Origin: Felis catus
Taxonomy: Eukaryota
Direction: 5' to 3'
Assembly (NCBI RefSeq): GCF_018350175.1
Contig: NC_058368.1
Span: 45,448,001 to 45,512,000, forward strand
Length of the DNA: 64,000 nucleotides
The notes beneath the pieces are model-generated. The model saw only the letters and a list, made by a program, of their open reading frames with translations. It made no database searches and was not told the DNA's origin. How positions within the stretch are numbered: the first letter of the stretch is position 1; each line of letters starts with the position of its first letter. Shown here piece after piece: positions 1-10,679 of the stretch. The position numbers and the translations under genes were made by a program.

Positions 1-680
1 CTTATGTCCGTGACCAAAGGCTGGTTCAATGCTTGAAAATCAAACAATCACCATATTAACAAACTAAAGAATAGAAACTGTAGGACCTCATCAGTTTGTG
101 AAGAAAAACATTTGTTTTCAGGTTTCAACTTTCAAACAAGATAAAAAAAAACTCTTAAGTAAATCAGAACAGAAGAGAACTTCTCCAACATGATAAAGAG
201 ACTATATATTGTTTGACTCCATTTATATGAAGTATGTAGAGGAGGCAAATTTATAGAGACAGAAAGTAAATTAGAGATTACCAGATGTTGAAGAGAGTTG
301 GAAATTATTTCTTAATAGTTATGGATTTTCTGTTTGTGATGATGGAAATGTTTTGCAAGTAGCTAATGATGATGGTTGTAGAATATTGTGAATCTAATTA
401 ATGCCACTGAATTGTAAACCTAAAAATGGATAACATGGTAAAATATTTGATATGTATAAAATTAAAAATCAAATGTATTTATATATACTCTCAGTGAACA
501 CATAGTTACTGAAATCACAAATACAATATTATTTGCAATCACTCAATAAATGAAATACTTAGGTGCAAATCTACCAAAACATATAGGACCTGTATACCAA
601 AATCTATACAAAAGAGATTCAGTGTTCATGGGTTAGAAGATTCAACATAATAAGGATGTCAATTTATCCAAATTGGCCTA

Positions 681-747
681 TAAATTAAAAAAAAATAATG
701 TTTGTTTATTTTTGAGAGAGGAGAAACAGAGTGAGCTGGGGAGGGGC

Positions 748-788
<41 letters not shown>

Positions 789-916
789 ATCTGAAGCAGG
801 CTCCAGGCTCTGAGCTGTCAACACAGAGCCTGACCTGGGGCTCCAACTCATGGACTGCAAGACCATCACCCGAAGGGAAGTCAGAAGCTTAACTGACTGA
901 GACACCCAGGTACCCC
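681..916 (-). mobile_element. Carnivore tRNA-derived SINE (CanSINE)
   Basis: Reverse-complement SINE body (GGCTCCAGGCTCTGAGCTGTCA), (GA)n tract, head ending CACCCAGGTACCCC. Confidence 0.92.
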
Positions 917-1007
917 AAATTTGACCTATGAATTTAACACAAGTCCTATCAAAATCCCAACAAGAATTTTTTAACTGTGGAAAAGATTTTTCTAAAATGT
1001 ATAAAGA

Positions 1008-1212
1008 GGGGCACCTGGGTGGCTCAGTTGGTTAAGCATCCAACTTTGGTTCAGGTCATGATCTCACAGTCCATGAGTTCGAGCCCCGTGTCGGGCTCTG
1101 TGCTGACAGCTCGGAGCCTGTAGCCTGCTTTGGATTCTGTGTCTCCCTCTCTCTCTGCCCCTCCCCCGTTTGTGCTCTCTTTCTCAAAATAAATAAACAT
1201 TAAAAAACATTT
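1008..1212 (+). mobile_element. CanSINE with TSD AAATGTATAAAGA
   Basis: GGGGCACCTGGGTGGCTCAG head, (CT)n, AATAAA tail, flanking direct repeat. Confidence 0.93.
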
Positions 1213-2090
1213 AAATGTATAAAGAAATTCAAAGCAATTAGAACATGGTAAGATGATTTTGAAATAGAATAAAGTTGGCGGAATCAGTTTACCAAATTGA
1301 CTGTTATTGGCAGAAGAATAGACACGTCAATCAATGGAACACAACTGAGAAACAATACATAGACAAATATCCCCAACTGATTTTCTTTTTACAAAAAGCA
1401 ACATCAATTCAATAGAGAAAAGATGCTTTTTCAACAAATGTTGCTGGAGAAATTGGAAAATGGAGAATATGAAAAAAATATTAAGTCTTACAGCTTATGC
1501 AAAAATTAATTCAAAATAGGTTGTGTGTTGTAGGTATAAACAGTAACACTATAAAATGTAAATTTTATAAAATCTTTGGAAAGGGCATGAGAGAAAATCT
1601 TTGGAATTTAGGTTTAGGCAATAAATTCCTAGACTTGACACTAAAGTATAATTCATTAAATAAAAGAAAAGCTTGATATATTTGACTTCATCAAAATTAA
1701 CACAGCTCTGTGAAAATCCCTGTTAAGAGCTACAGTCTAGGAGGAAATATTTGCAAGTCACATATCCAGCAAAAGGCTAGTGTCCAGAATATATAAACAA
1801 CTATCAAAAAATTCACCCATAAAAAACCAAAGTCCAATTAGAAAATAGACAAAATATATGAAGAGATATTTCACTGAAAGGGTTACACATACACAGATAA
1901 ATACACGAGAAGATCCTCAGCATCATTTGTCATTAGGGAAATGCAAATTAAAACCACAATGAATATTCCCACACTCCCTCTGTGAATATCTATAATAAAA
2001 AAATGGTGATTCTATCTTAGAGAAAGTAGATCATCCATACACTGCTGGTAGGAATATAAACCAGTACAGTCATTCTGGAACACTGACCAT

Positions 2091-2297
2091 TTCTTTTTTC
2101 TTTTAGATTTATTTATTAATTTTGAAAGAGAGAGCAAGGGGGCGAGGGGCATAGAGAGAGGGAGGGAGAGAATCCCGAGCAGGCTCTGGCTATCAGCACA
2201 GAGCCTGATGCGGGGCTTGATTTGGTGCCTCTGGGATCGTGACCTGAGCTGAAATCAAGACTTGGACACTTAACCAACTGAGCCACCCAGGTGCCCC
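2091..2297 (-). mobile_element. CanSINE
   Basis: Ends GAGCCACCCAGGTGCCCC; T-rich tail on the left. Confidence 0.9.
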
Positions 2298-3073
2298 AGA
2301 CAATAGTTTCTTGTAAAACTTAACATTCAACTACCATATGATCCAGTAATTGTACTCTTGGACTTTTAGTCCAGAGAAATTAAGACTTAGTTTACATAAA
2401 ACCTGCACATGAATATGTACAACAGTTTTATCCGTAACAGTCAAAAATTAGAAGTAACAACCTGGATGTCCTTCCATGAAGGAATGTTTAAGAAAGCTAT
2501 GGTACACCCATATGATGGAATACTACTAAGGAATGAAATGTAATGAACTATTGTTATCCATGAAAATTTGGAAGAGTTTCCTGGGGAATTACGCTGAGTT
2601 AAAAAAAAAATGCCAATCCTAAGTATTTATATACTGTGTAATTTCATTTATATAACATCATTAAATGACAACATTATGGATATGAAAAAAAGATTAGTGA
2701 TTGTCTGGAGTTAATGAAGTGCTGGGAAGGAAGTTGGTATGGCTATGAATGGACATGAAGATTCCTTCGAGTGAAGGAAATGCTCTCTTTCTTATCTATG
2801 TCTGTTGAAATCCTACTTGTGATGTTGTGCTACTGTTTTCCTATATTATACCACTGTGGGGAAGCTGGATAACACAGGGTACAGAAGATTCTGTTACCAA
2901 GGGAATAAAATTCAAATTTCCTACCTCGTTCTTCAGTGTTCACCCTAATACTCAGATACCATTTAAGACACATCTCAACCTATTCAGCCATATAAATGGG
3001 CTACATTTGATTTTATAAGATGCTTGACAAAATTTAAGGCAAAACTTGGGATCCATTTAAATAGAATTGTTCC

Positions 3074-3294
3074 TTTTTAAAAATCTTTTAAATGTTTTTA
3101 TTTATTTTTGAGACCGAGAGAGACAGAGCATGAGTGAGGGAGGGGCAGAGAGACAGGGAGACACAGAATCCGAAACAGGCTCCAGGCTCTGAGCTGTCAG
3201 CACAGAGCCCAACACGGAGCCGAACCCACAAACCGTGAGATCATGACCTGAGCCGAAGTTGGAAGCTCAACTGACTGAGCCACCCAGGCACTCC
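3074..3294 (-). mobile_element. CanSINE (felid type)
   Basis: Typical body; near-TSD TAGAATTGTT/TAGAATGGTT. Confidence 0.92.
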
Positions 3295-4384
3295 TAGAAT
3301 GGTTACTTTTTAAAAAATCCTTCCCTGTGTACTGACCCACTTCCTGGGTGGTGAGGAACAAACACCATCCGCAGCTTTCCAGCACCATTTATTTTTATTA
3401 TTGTGAAGTACCCTTTGCCACAGCTTTTGCATATGGCCCTCCCTTGTGTTACCACACTTTCTGGTCTCATTGTTTCTGTCATCATTTCTGGTCCCGTGAA
3501 CACCCTGGTGTGCCAGAAAAGGTTTGTACTTTTACTCATACCATCAATGCTTCCTATCCTGACCTAGACCTGATTCCTGGAATTCAATTCTAATAGCAAA
3601 TATCTGGCAATTAAGTCAGGCCTGGGGCAATTTGTCTCTGAGAAACTCGGGTTTCTACCCCTTCAGGAAGCTTCTCCTGAACAACCTAGCTGGAAGCATG
3701 ATACCTTTCATTAAAAAATCTGTAACACTTAATTTCTGTAGCTTTCACTGGATGACTCTTTAACTTGCTTGAAATCAGAAGTATATTCATATAAATTTAT
3801 AAATAAACACGTATCTGATCTTTCCATATAACCACGAATTCATTGGTACCCAAGACCAAATTTTACATTTCATTTTATTCCTCATCTTTGCACATAGGCA
3901 TTGCATCAAATATTTGACTGTTTACTATTTGTTCTCCGAACTTAAATGTATCCTAGGTCAGATGCAGGGGCTTTAACTCCCTCTAGCATAGTTGTTGACA
4001 ACTCCAATCCATCTCCAACACTAACAGATGTAAAACATAGTTTCAAATATAGGAAATATATTCATCTCTTGACACCAGTAATCCAGTTCCAGTGCTTTAA
4101 TCTTAAATAACACAATTATCCAAAGTTATGCCTTTTCATTCTGGGGTACTTTCCATATATAAAAATCACAATAATTTCTCAAGTAATATAGGTAAAATAA
4201 AATAAGGGATACACTAAGAAAGTGTCCTTACAAATATTAAGCAGTTTTAGTAGGATAAAACACCATTTATACCTTTAGCGCCTCAGACTAGATCGGAATA
4301 AGAAACCGTTGGACAAAGAAAGTTTTCATTTATGAGAAGGAAAATAATTGATAACTATCTGTTAATAACAGCTTGTATTGATGA

Positions 4385-4565
4385 AGTTTTTTCAGGAATG
4401 AACATATAGGCAGGTGAAGGGATGGAGGAAATAGGTGATGGGAGTTAAGAGTACATTTATCATGATGAGCACTGAGTAACGTACAGAATTGTTGAATCAC
4501 TATATTGTACACCTGGAACTAATATAACACTGTATGGTAACTGTACTGGAATTAAAATTATATTT
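4385..4565 (+). mobile_element. Carnivore L1 3'-end fragment
   Basis: GATGAGCACTGAGTAACGTACAGAATTGTTGAATCACTATATTGTACACCTGGAACTAATATAACACTG is characteristic of the carnivore L1 3' UTR. Confidence 0.8.
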
Positions 4566-6583
4566 AATACAAGTTTTTAAGAAGAATGAAAATATTATCA
4601 ACTAAATGTGAAACCCATAATAACTCAGTAAAGGTCCACCCTTGCATACCTTGCAAATAGAAATATGATCAAAAGCTGGACAGGTCTACTTAGATTTCAA
4701 AGAGATTCTTAATTTGAGGAATTATTATAGATTTTTATATAAAATGGGCCACACTTGTAAGCAGTTAATATTATTTTATAACGCAGATTATTTGAAGGTT
4801 CTAAAGAAACTTAAAAAAGGTTATAGGATGTTCTTGAAACATAGTTTCAGTAAAAGTTCAGAATTTAAAGTCATAGATGAGTTTTTATCCTCTTTCTAAA
4901 AAAACAGTTAAGAACTTGCACAATAACATAATATTTCATTTATATATTTTCCTTTGTATTTTCAATTACTCTGCTTACAATTACTATTAATTTTACGTAG
5001 TTAAACAAATATAATAATGAAGTGTCACCTACTGAATAAATCAAGTTTATATGGTAATTGATTTTTCTGGACTACTAGTGCTTACTTACTTTTGACAGAG
5101 GCTGGTTTTGTTTTTTCATTTGTTTTCTCATTTTCATATTATTGATTAAGATTGCTGGAAAAATTGGAATTGTTGTGGCTATTGTTTTATGGTATTAATT
5201 AATTTGATTTATGAATGGATTACACTTTGAGTAATTACATTATGACAAAGCCACACTAATGTAAATAAATCACTTCATTTGAATACACTACTTTTGGTGG
5301 TTGTTGCATTAAGTAAACTTTTCATTCATTAAAAAATATTTGTGATTAGAACAAAATCAATATCATAATTTTTCACTCTCTCCTACACACAAGATATTGT
5401 ACCCTGTTTACTATAATCAGGATCACACTGAAGACAAGAAAAAAAAAATCCAGCAATCCACGTATCTGATCCACGCATCCCAGGTTGATGTTTAATTAAT
5501 GGCCCAATAAAAAAAGTAAACATTTCCCTTAGTATCAGGTGAACTTCACAAACTCTAGGTTATAGGAAAGACACCTTCAGAAGTTTTCTGATACATGTGT
5601 GAAATGGTAGTAAACAAGAAATCTAGGAATGACACCTTCAGGACTGAATATTTGTATAAGAAAAAAAAATTAAATGAAAACAGAGTGAGAGAAGGTTTAT
5701 TTGGCAATGTGCAGGTGTAACAGTAAAATGTCAAAATCCCAATATTTATTAAATAAGGACATACTTTTGCACTAGGAAAAAAAATGGTGATCTGGCATGA
5801 ATAAACAGCTAAAAGTTAGGAAATCCTAGGTAGTTTTCTACTTATAGTTAGGCATTTCTTTTATTCCAGATTAAATAAACTCTGCAAGTAACTCTACAAA
5901 TAAATTCTATAAACAGTTTTAGAAAAGTTCTGCACACCACTTAGAATCAATAAAGTATAACAAAGGTCTAAAAAGGGAAAATAATTAGTTCACTTTCTTT
6001 TTAACCAATAAATAGGGTTTATTTTTCAAGTATAGGAAAAATGCTGCACTACATAAAGTTTACAGACAAATTAAGAAACTACTGGGGGAAAGATGGGTGT
6101 TTAAACAACAATTTGTAGAATATACATTAATATTGTACTTTAGAATATTTTTCCAGAAAGTTTAAACTTTTCTGCATTCTAGTGTGTTATTTAAAATGAT
6201 ACGGAGTCAAATGATGTGTGTACTTTGAGAAACTTTGCTTTAACGTCTGAGGGGGGAGGATATTATCATTGAAGCACAACCTAGCTTATCCTAATACACT
6301 TCTCAACTAAGACAAATGGAAAAGTAATGATATATATATATATATATAAATGATGAAAGAGAATGACTGTCGACTTAGATTTGTAAAGCCATAGACCAGA
6401 TCTTTAAAGAATGTAAATAAAATGTTATTTTCAGAAAAAAATAATTTGACACAATTCACTATCTACAGATCTGTTCTGTAGATAGATATTAGAGGGAATT
6501 CTTGGCAACTAATTATAAAATATATACGGAAGTGCAAGGGACCATAAACAGCAAAGATATTTAATAAGAACAAAGTGGGATGT

Positions 6584-6790
6584 GGACACCTGGGTGGCTG
6601 AGCCTGTTAAGCATCAGACTTCGGCTCAGGTCATGATCTTGTGATTCGTGAGTTTGAGCTTCGCATCGTGCTCTGTGCTGACAGCTCAGAGCCTGGAGCC
6701 TGCTTTGTTTCTATGTTGTGTCTCCTTCTCTCTGTGCCCCTCCCCTGCTTATATTCTGTCTCTCTCAAAAATAAATACATTTTTTTTAAA
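6584..6790 (+). mobile_element. CanSINE inside a degraded L1 fragment (~6400-7080)
   Basis: SINE body with TSD AAGAACAAAGTG; flanks have L1-ORF2-like composition. Confidence 0.88.
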
Positions 6791-7292
6791 GAACAAAGTG
6801 AGAGGGATGATGCTACTACATATGAAGAATTATAATACTACTACAGTAATGAAATTGATGAAATAAAATAAAGAGCACAGAAATAGATACACGTCTTCAT
6901 GGAAAGTTAATTTACTTCAGAACTGAAGGCCTCTTCAAGGTGAAGAGCAAAGTATGGACTTTTTAAGAAATGATGCTAGAACAATAGGATAGACACACTA
7001 AAAAAGAAAACAAAAAACTAAGAAACCTGAAATTTGATCTTTATCTCAAACCATGTTGAACAAAAAAATCTAACATGTAAAAGAAAGAACAATAGTGCTT
7101 TTAGAATACAATGTGGTGGGGGTGGGGGGGGCGGAATAGAAGATCTCTTCCTCTTCCTCATTTCTTTGTCTGCTTTCCTTACTTTTCCATTTCTTCCTTC
7201 CATCCCTTTATCTTTCCCTACCTGAACAAATCATTCCAAAGCCATTAGGTGGGGTAGAAGATAGTAAGTATCTGTATGAGTGTGTGCGCATG

Positions 7293-7294
<2 letters not shown>

Positions 7295-7336
<42 letters not shown>
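7295..7336. repeat. (GT)n microsatellite
   Basis: Direct reading. Confidence 0.97.
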
Positions 7337-7338
<2 letters not shown>

Positions 7339-9096
7339 GGGGGATATAGGCTGCCTAAAGCAAGGTGTTAAAACAACCCACATGAGGAGTATGCTTATGC
7401 AGGGGGTTGGTGAGTAAGGGCAGAGTGCCTGGTAACATATTGAATGATAAATACACAGGCAGCCCAGCATATGGTATCAAAGCTCAAGTTTAGTAAGAAG
7501 GGCTACTGCAAAGGAAAGTAGCCTGGCACAGTCTATGAAAGCATGAGCAGAGTCAGACTGCCCATGCAGAGGTGGAGGCAGTATGGCCAGGTGTAGGGTA
7601 CTGGATCTCTGGGAGGGTGAAATGGACACCAGTGTAGGAAGGCAGTTTATTAGAGCCTAAGTGGAATAAAGAACATATTCTTGTAAGAGAGTGGTCTGTC
7701 ATGGGGTGGTAGAATGGAAGAAAGGTAACCCAACATGGAGTACAAGAATCCCAGAAAGTTGAGAGGAGTGTCTTTGTAGAACGATCTAGAGCAGAGTTGT
7801 AGGTAAGTGGATCCAATTACTGGGAAGTGTTGGCACATAGACATGGTAAGAGGGACAGCTCTTTGGAAGTCAGCACAGCTTAGAAAATTAGCACCCAAGC
7901 AATGTGAGGAAAGAATCCATGAAGGATGACCCAACTTCATCTCCAACTTGTGCTGGAGCCCAAGCAGAGTGAAAAGGGCATTCACCAGGGAGGGTATCAG
8001 AGTGCAGATTAAGGTGACATCCATCTGAGCATCAGAACATGCATAGTCCATGTGGACTGCTTGAAGTGGTGGCCTGTTGCGGGTTGCCAGAGCCTGAGTG
8101 AGCTGAAAAAGGTATCTTTGAGGGATGGGGAAAGAGTAGGAGCACCGAGGGTTTATCGAATAAAGATGGATTAATTGAATAATTAAATATATTAAAGATA
8201 ATGTGAGTCAGGTATTTATTAGAGAAGGAAGTTATATACATGAAAAGGGAAAAAAAGAATAAACTCTGCTGTGTTGCATTAGAATTAATCAGTGGGAGCC
8301 TGATGATGATGTACAATATGCAATCAATATAGGAATAAACACGGATGATACTGTATGTGTGTACACATGCATATGTGTGTGAATATCTACATCCCCTTGC
8401 TCTGTCCACTTAGAGTGCCCAAGAACAATGATACCCCGAAAACAATGAGCACACCTAACATTCAGACATTGGTTTCTAAATTTGATTTGGCACACTAAAA
8501 AGACACAGGGCTTCTAAGAGAAATGACTGGGTTAGGGCAAAGTATAAAACGGGCCTGGGAAATCTGCACCAGAAAATAAGAAAGTGCTCGAAGAAAGATG
8601 GATTCTTGTATAAATGACACAGAGCTAGTTTGAAGGAGCTTCTATGGTTTACAATTCCTATCAACCTCATCACTATCAAGGAAGCTCAGTTTCTGCATCT
8701 CCTGCCATTAGCCCTGCGCTACTGTGAAGAGCCATCTTGGTTATGGTGCCTATCTTCACAAAGAAGCTGTGATTGATTTTATGAATCCAATGTGCCCCAG
8801 GCCTTATTACAAAACACAGTCAAATGGTAAATTTCCCAATCTTATGTAGTACATCCATATACCCACTCTATCATATCTGATTCTCTGAGCCTTTGATTCC
8901 TTCTTCTACCACTTGCCATAGCACTCTGGTAATTTTACTTTGTGTAATTAGTCCAACTATTTGTTCATGCTTCTAATAGCCATCCTAAGGGCATGATAGT
9001 GAGAAGTCAGAACCCCCACCTTTTGCTACATAAATAACCGCTTTCATTCCGCTTCTGTAAAACTGCTTATGCGCCCCACCCTAGTCGGAAAGTCCC

Positions 9097-9168
9097 CAGC
9101 CGCTACGCAACCCGGGCCCCAAGTTGCATCAGCCGCTTCGCAACCCGGGCTCCAAGTTGCATCAGCCG
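9097..9168 (+). promoter_or_regulatory. U3 enhancer-type tandem direct repeat, 2 x 33 bp plus a 6-bp partial unit (also at 15575-15646)
   Basis: CAGCCGCTACGCAACCCGGGCCCCAAGTTGCAT / CAGCCGCTTCGCAACCCGGGCTCCAAGTTGCAT / CAGCCG; 2 mismatches between the units. Confidence 0.85.
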
Positions 9169-9255
9169 AAAGAAACTTCATTTCCCAAGCTTCCCCGGGA
9201 CGAAATTACCCACAACCCCAACCACCACCGAGCAGAGAGCCTATCGCCAGCCTGT

Positions 9256-9284
9256 ATGCAAATGTAACTCAAAATGGTATAAAA
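9256..9284 (+). promoter_or_regulatory. LTR core promoter: octamer ATGCAAAT (9256-9263) and TATA box TATAAAA (9278-9284)
   Basis: Exact motif matches at the expected U3 position; duplicated in the 3' LTR. Confidence 0.8.
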
Positions 9285-9436
9285 GACCTGTAACCCCGTT
9301 TATCGAGGCTCTCCCGCTTTCCAACACTGGGGAGCCCTGGTGCACCAGTAAAGACTCTCTGCCGACGTCGGAGTGCCGTGTGGTTCTTTGCGCCAACTCT
9401 CATTCCATAGGGCTTAGGAGCTTGGCTCCTAACATT

Positions 9437-9454
9437 TGGTGCGTTGGCCGGGAA
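9437..9454 (+). other. Primer binding site complementary to the tRNA-Gly 3' end
   Basis: TGGTGCGTTGGCCGGGAA is the reverse complement of TTCCCGGCCAACGCACCA, the 3' end of mammalian tRNA-Gly(TCC) as I recall it; lies 2 nt after the LTR CA. Confidence 0.92.
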
Positions 9455-9557
9455 TCGAGGGAAGGCAAGAGAACCCCGGCCCCGTCGGTGGATGACTCTC
9501 CGGCCCGGGCCACTGACGGACTGACTGAAGACAGACTTCTGTGCCTTTGTCTACACA

Positions 9558-9566
9558 CAGGTATTG
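9558..9566 (+). other. Candidate major splice donor CAG|GTATTG for env mRNA
   Basis: Donor-like motif between the PBS and the psi hairpins, the usual gammaretroviral position. Confidence 0.55.
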
Positions 9567-9597
9567 TGTTCTATGTTTTGTCTCTGAACTGTGAATT

Positions 9598-9686
9598 CTG
9601 AGGCCGGCCGGCCACCTCAGTAGGAGTGTTGAAGGAGGACAGACGTGTCCTGAACCTTCACACCCCAGCCCCGAGGGACGCCTCGG
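9598..9686 (+). other. Gammaretroviral dimerisation/packaging signal (psi core)
   Basis: Hairpin CTGAGG...CCTCAG overlapping the palindrome GGCCGGCCGGCC, then two GACG-tetraloop hairpins AGGACA-GACG-TGTCCT (loop 9642-9645) and CCGAGG-GACG-CCTCGG (loop 9677-9680), matching the MLV SL-C/SL-D architecture. Confidence 0.85.
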
Positions 9687-9898
9687 TGGTGTCTGTAGGG
9701 GAGAACTGACAAGTTCGTCAGACTCCCCAAATCCGTAGGCAGGCCTCCCCTGCCATCTGAATCTGAATACCTGGCCGCGGCTCCTTGGTTGTTGTCTAGT
9801 CTGTGTTGTCTGGTCTGTGTCGACATTGTAGTCATCTTTGTGTATGTGTGTGTAAGTGTGCTGGTGTGGACGCGTGGACAGGACAGGACGACACAGCC

Positions 9899-10315
9899 AT
9901 GGGACAGACATTGACTACTCCTCTAACTTTGACTCTGACTCATTTCTCGGACGTCCAAGCAAGAGCTCACAATCTTTCCCTTGAGGTTCGGAAAGGTCGA
10001 TGGCGAACTTATTGTTCATCAGAGTGGCCCACCCTATCCGTAGGGTGGCCCCGGGACGGGACTTTTGACCTCTCTATTATATTACAGGTTAAGACGAAGG
10101 TAATGGATCCCGGACCACAAGGTCATCCAGATCAAGTAGCCTATATCCTCACTTGGGAGGATCTCATTCGGAATCCTCCGGCATGGATGAAACCCTTCCT
10201 CCCTTCCTACCCCCTATCTCAATCTACCCTTCTTCCCCTGAAAACCTCAAAAGACCGAGCCTCAACCCCCTCTTACAGCCTCCACCCTATAATCCGCCCC
10301 TGGCCCCCGCCTTGA
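9899..10315 (+). CDS. gag: Truncated Gag: matrix domain with myristoylation motif plus a short frameshifted tail (138 aa)
   Basis: ATG in strong context (GCCATGG), MGQT N-terminus, GHPDQVAYI motif of gammaretroviral MA; stop at 10313-10315. Confidence 0.7.
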   Translation: MGQTLTTPLTLTLTHFSDVQARAHNLSLEVRKGRWRTYCSSEWPTLSVGWPRDGTFDLSIILQVKTKVMDPGPQGHPDQVAYILTWEDLIRNPPAWMKPFLPSYPLSQSTLLPLKTSKDRASTPSYSLHPIIRPWPPP

Positions 10316-10360
10316 CCCCGGTGGCCCCTACTTCCCCTCCTGCCTCCAGTTCCTCCTCCC

Positions 10361-10679
10361 CCTCCTCTCCCGGTCCTGTGGCCGTGCGTCCGGGGCCCGA
10401 GCCGCGGCCCCGCCCCCGCTCCCCGCTGGCGATCCCGGCCCCCCTTTTGCCCTGTCGGGGCGGCTCGCGCCGAGGCCGAGTCGCGCGCGGGGCTGCGCCC
10501 CGGGGATGCGTGCCCCGGCGGCGGCCCGCGGGACGCCGCGGCGTCGCCCGCCGCTGCGCGTGCGGTGCCCCGTGCCGCGCGGTCCCGTGGGCCGTCGTGG
10601 GGGGTGGAGGTTGTGGATCCGGAGCGCCGTTGGTCTCGCCGTCTTGCCCCGGGCGGCGGCCGCGGCGGTCTGGCCGTGG
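10361..10679 (+). other. Captured non-viral GC-rich cassette, probably a pre-rRNA ITS2 fragment (sense orientation)
   Basis: Abrupt switch to very high GC/CpG and almost no A; 10496-10560 (CGCCCCGGGGATGCGTGCCCCGGCGGCGGCCCGCGGGACGCCGCGGCGTCGCCCGCCG...) resembles the human ITS2 block I recall (GCCGGGGTTCGCGTGTCCCCGGCGGCGACCCGCGGGACGCCGCGGTGTCGTCCGCCG). Viral CA sequence resumes at CCC CTC ACC CGC (PLTR). Confidence 0.78.

Larger units (their letters stand above)
1..2880 (+). mobile_element. Old, degraded L1 ORF2/3'-UTR fragments interrupted by SINEs
   Basis: A-rich strand with L1-like motifs (TTCAACAAATGTTGCTGGAG, GTCATTAGGGAAATGCAAATTAAAACCACAATGA, CCATATGATCCAGTAATT); no long ORF. Confidence 0.75.
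9000..9434 (+). repeat. 5' LTR (435 bp)
   Basis: Starts TGAGAAGTCAG, ends CCTAACA; followed after TT by the PBS; repeated at 15478-15912 (offset 6478). Confidence 0.97.

Noticed and set aside
678..905. Recurrent ORFs containing SGSVLTAQSLEPASDSVS-type peptides throughout the window
   Set aside because: All are CanSINE translations, not a gene family; the tRNA-like SINE heads are likewise not tRNA genes.
4262..4330. CpG-containing segment with a minus-strand donor-like AAG|GTATAA, possible small exon
   Set aside because: No convincing acceptor, reading frame or neighbouring exons.
9069..9293. 74-aa ORF in each LTR (also 15547-15771)
   Set aside because: Lies in U3 upstream of the TATA box; its internal peptide repeat only reflects the 33-bp repeat being a multiple of 3.
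9797..9898. Possible glyco-Gag N-terminal extension (ORF track starts at 9803)
   Set aside because: An in-frame TAG at 9797-9799 limits the extension to ~32 codons from a GTG; no long CTG-initiated leader is available.
10361..10679. Calling the cassette a mature rRNA gene fragment (18S/5.8S/28S) or a captured oncogene exon
   Set aside because: No conserved mature-rRNA core motif or recognisable protein domain; the only resemblance I see is to the ITS2 spacer. A 28S expansion segment cannot be fully excluded without a search.
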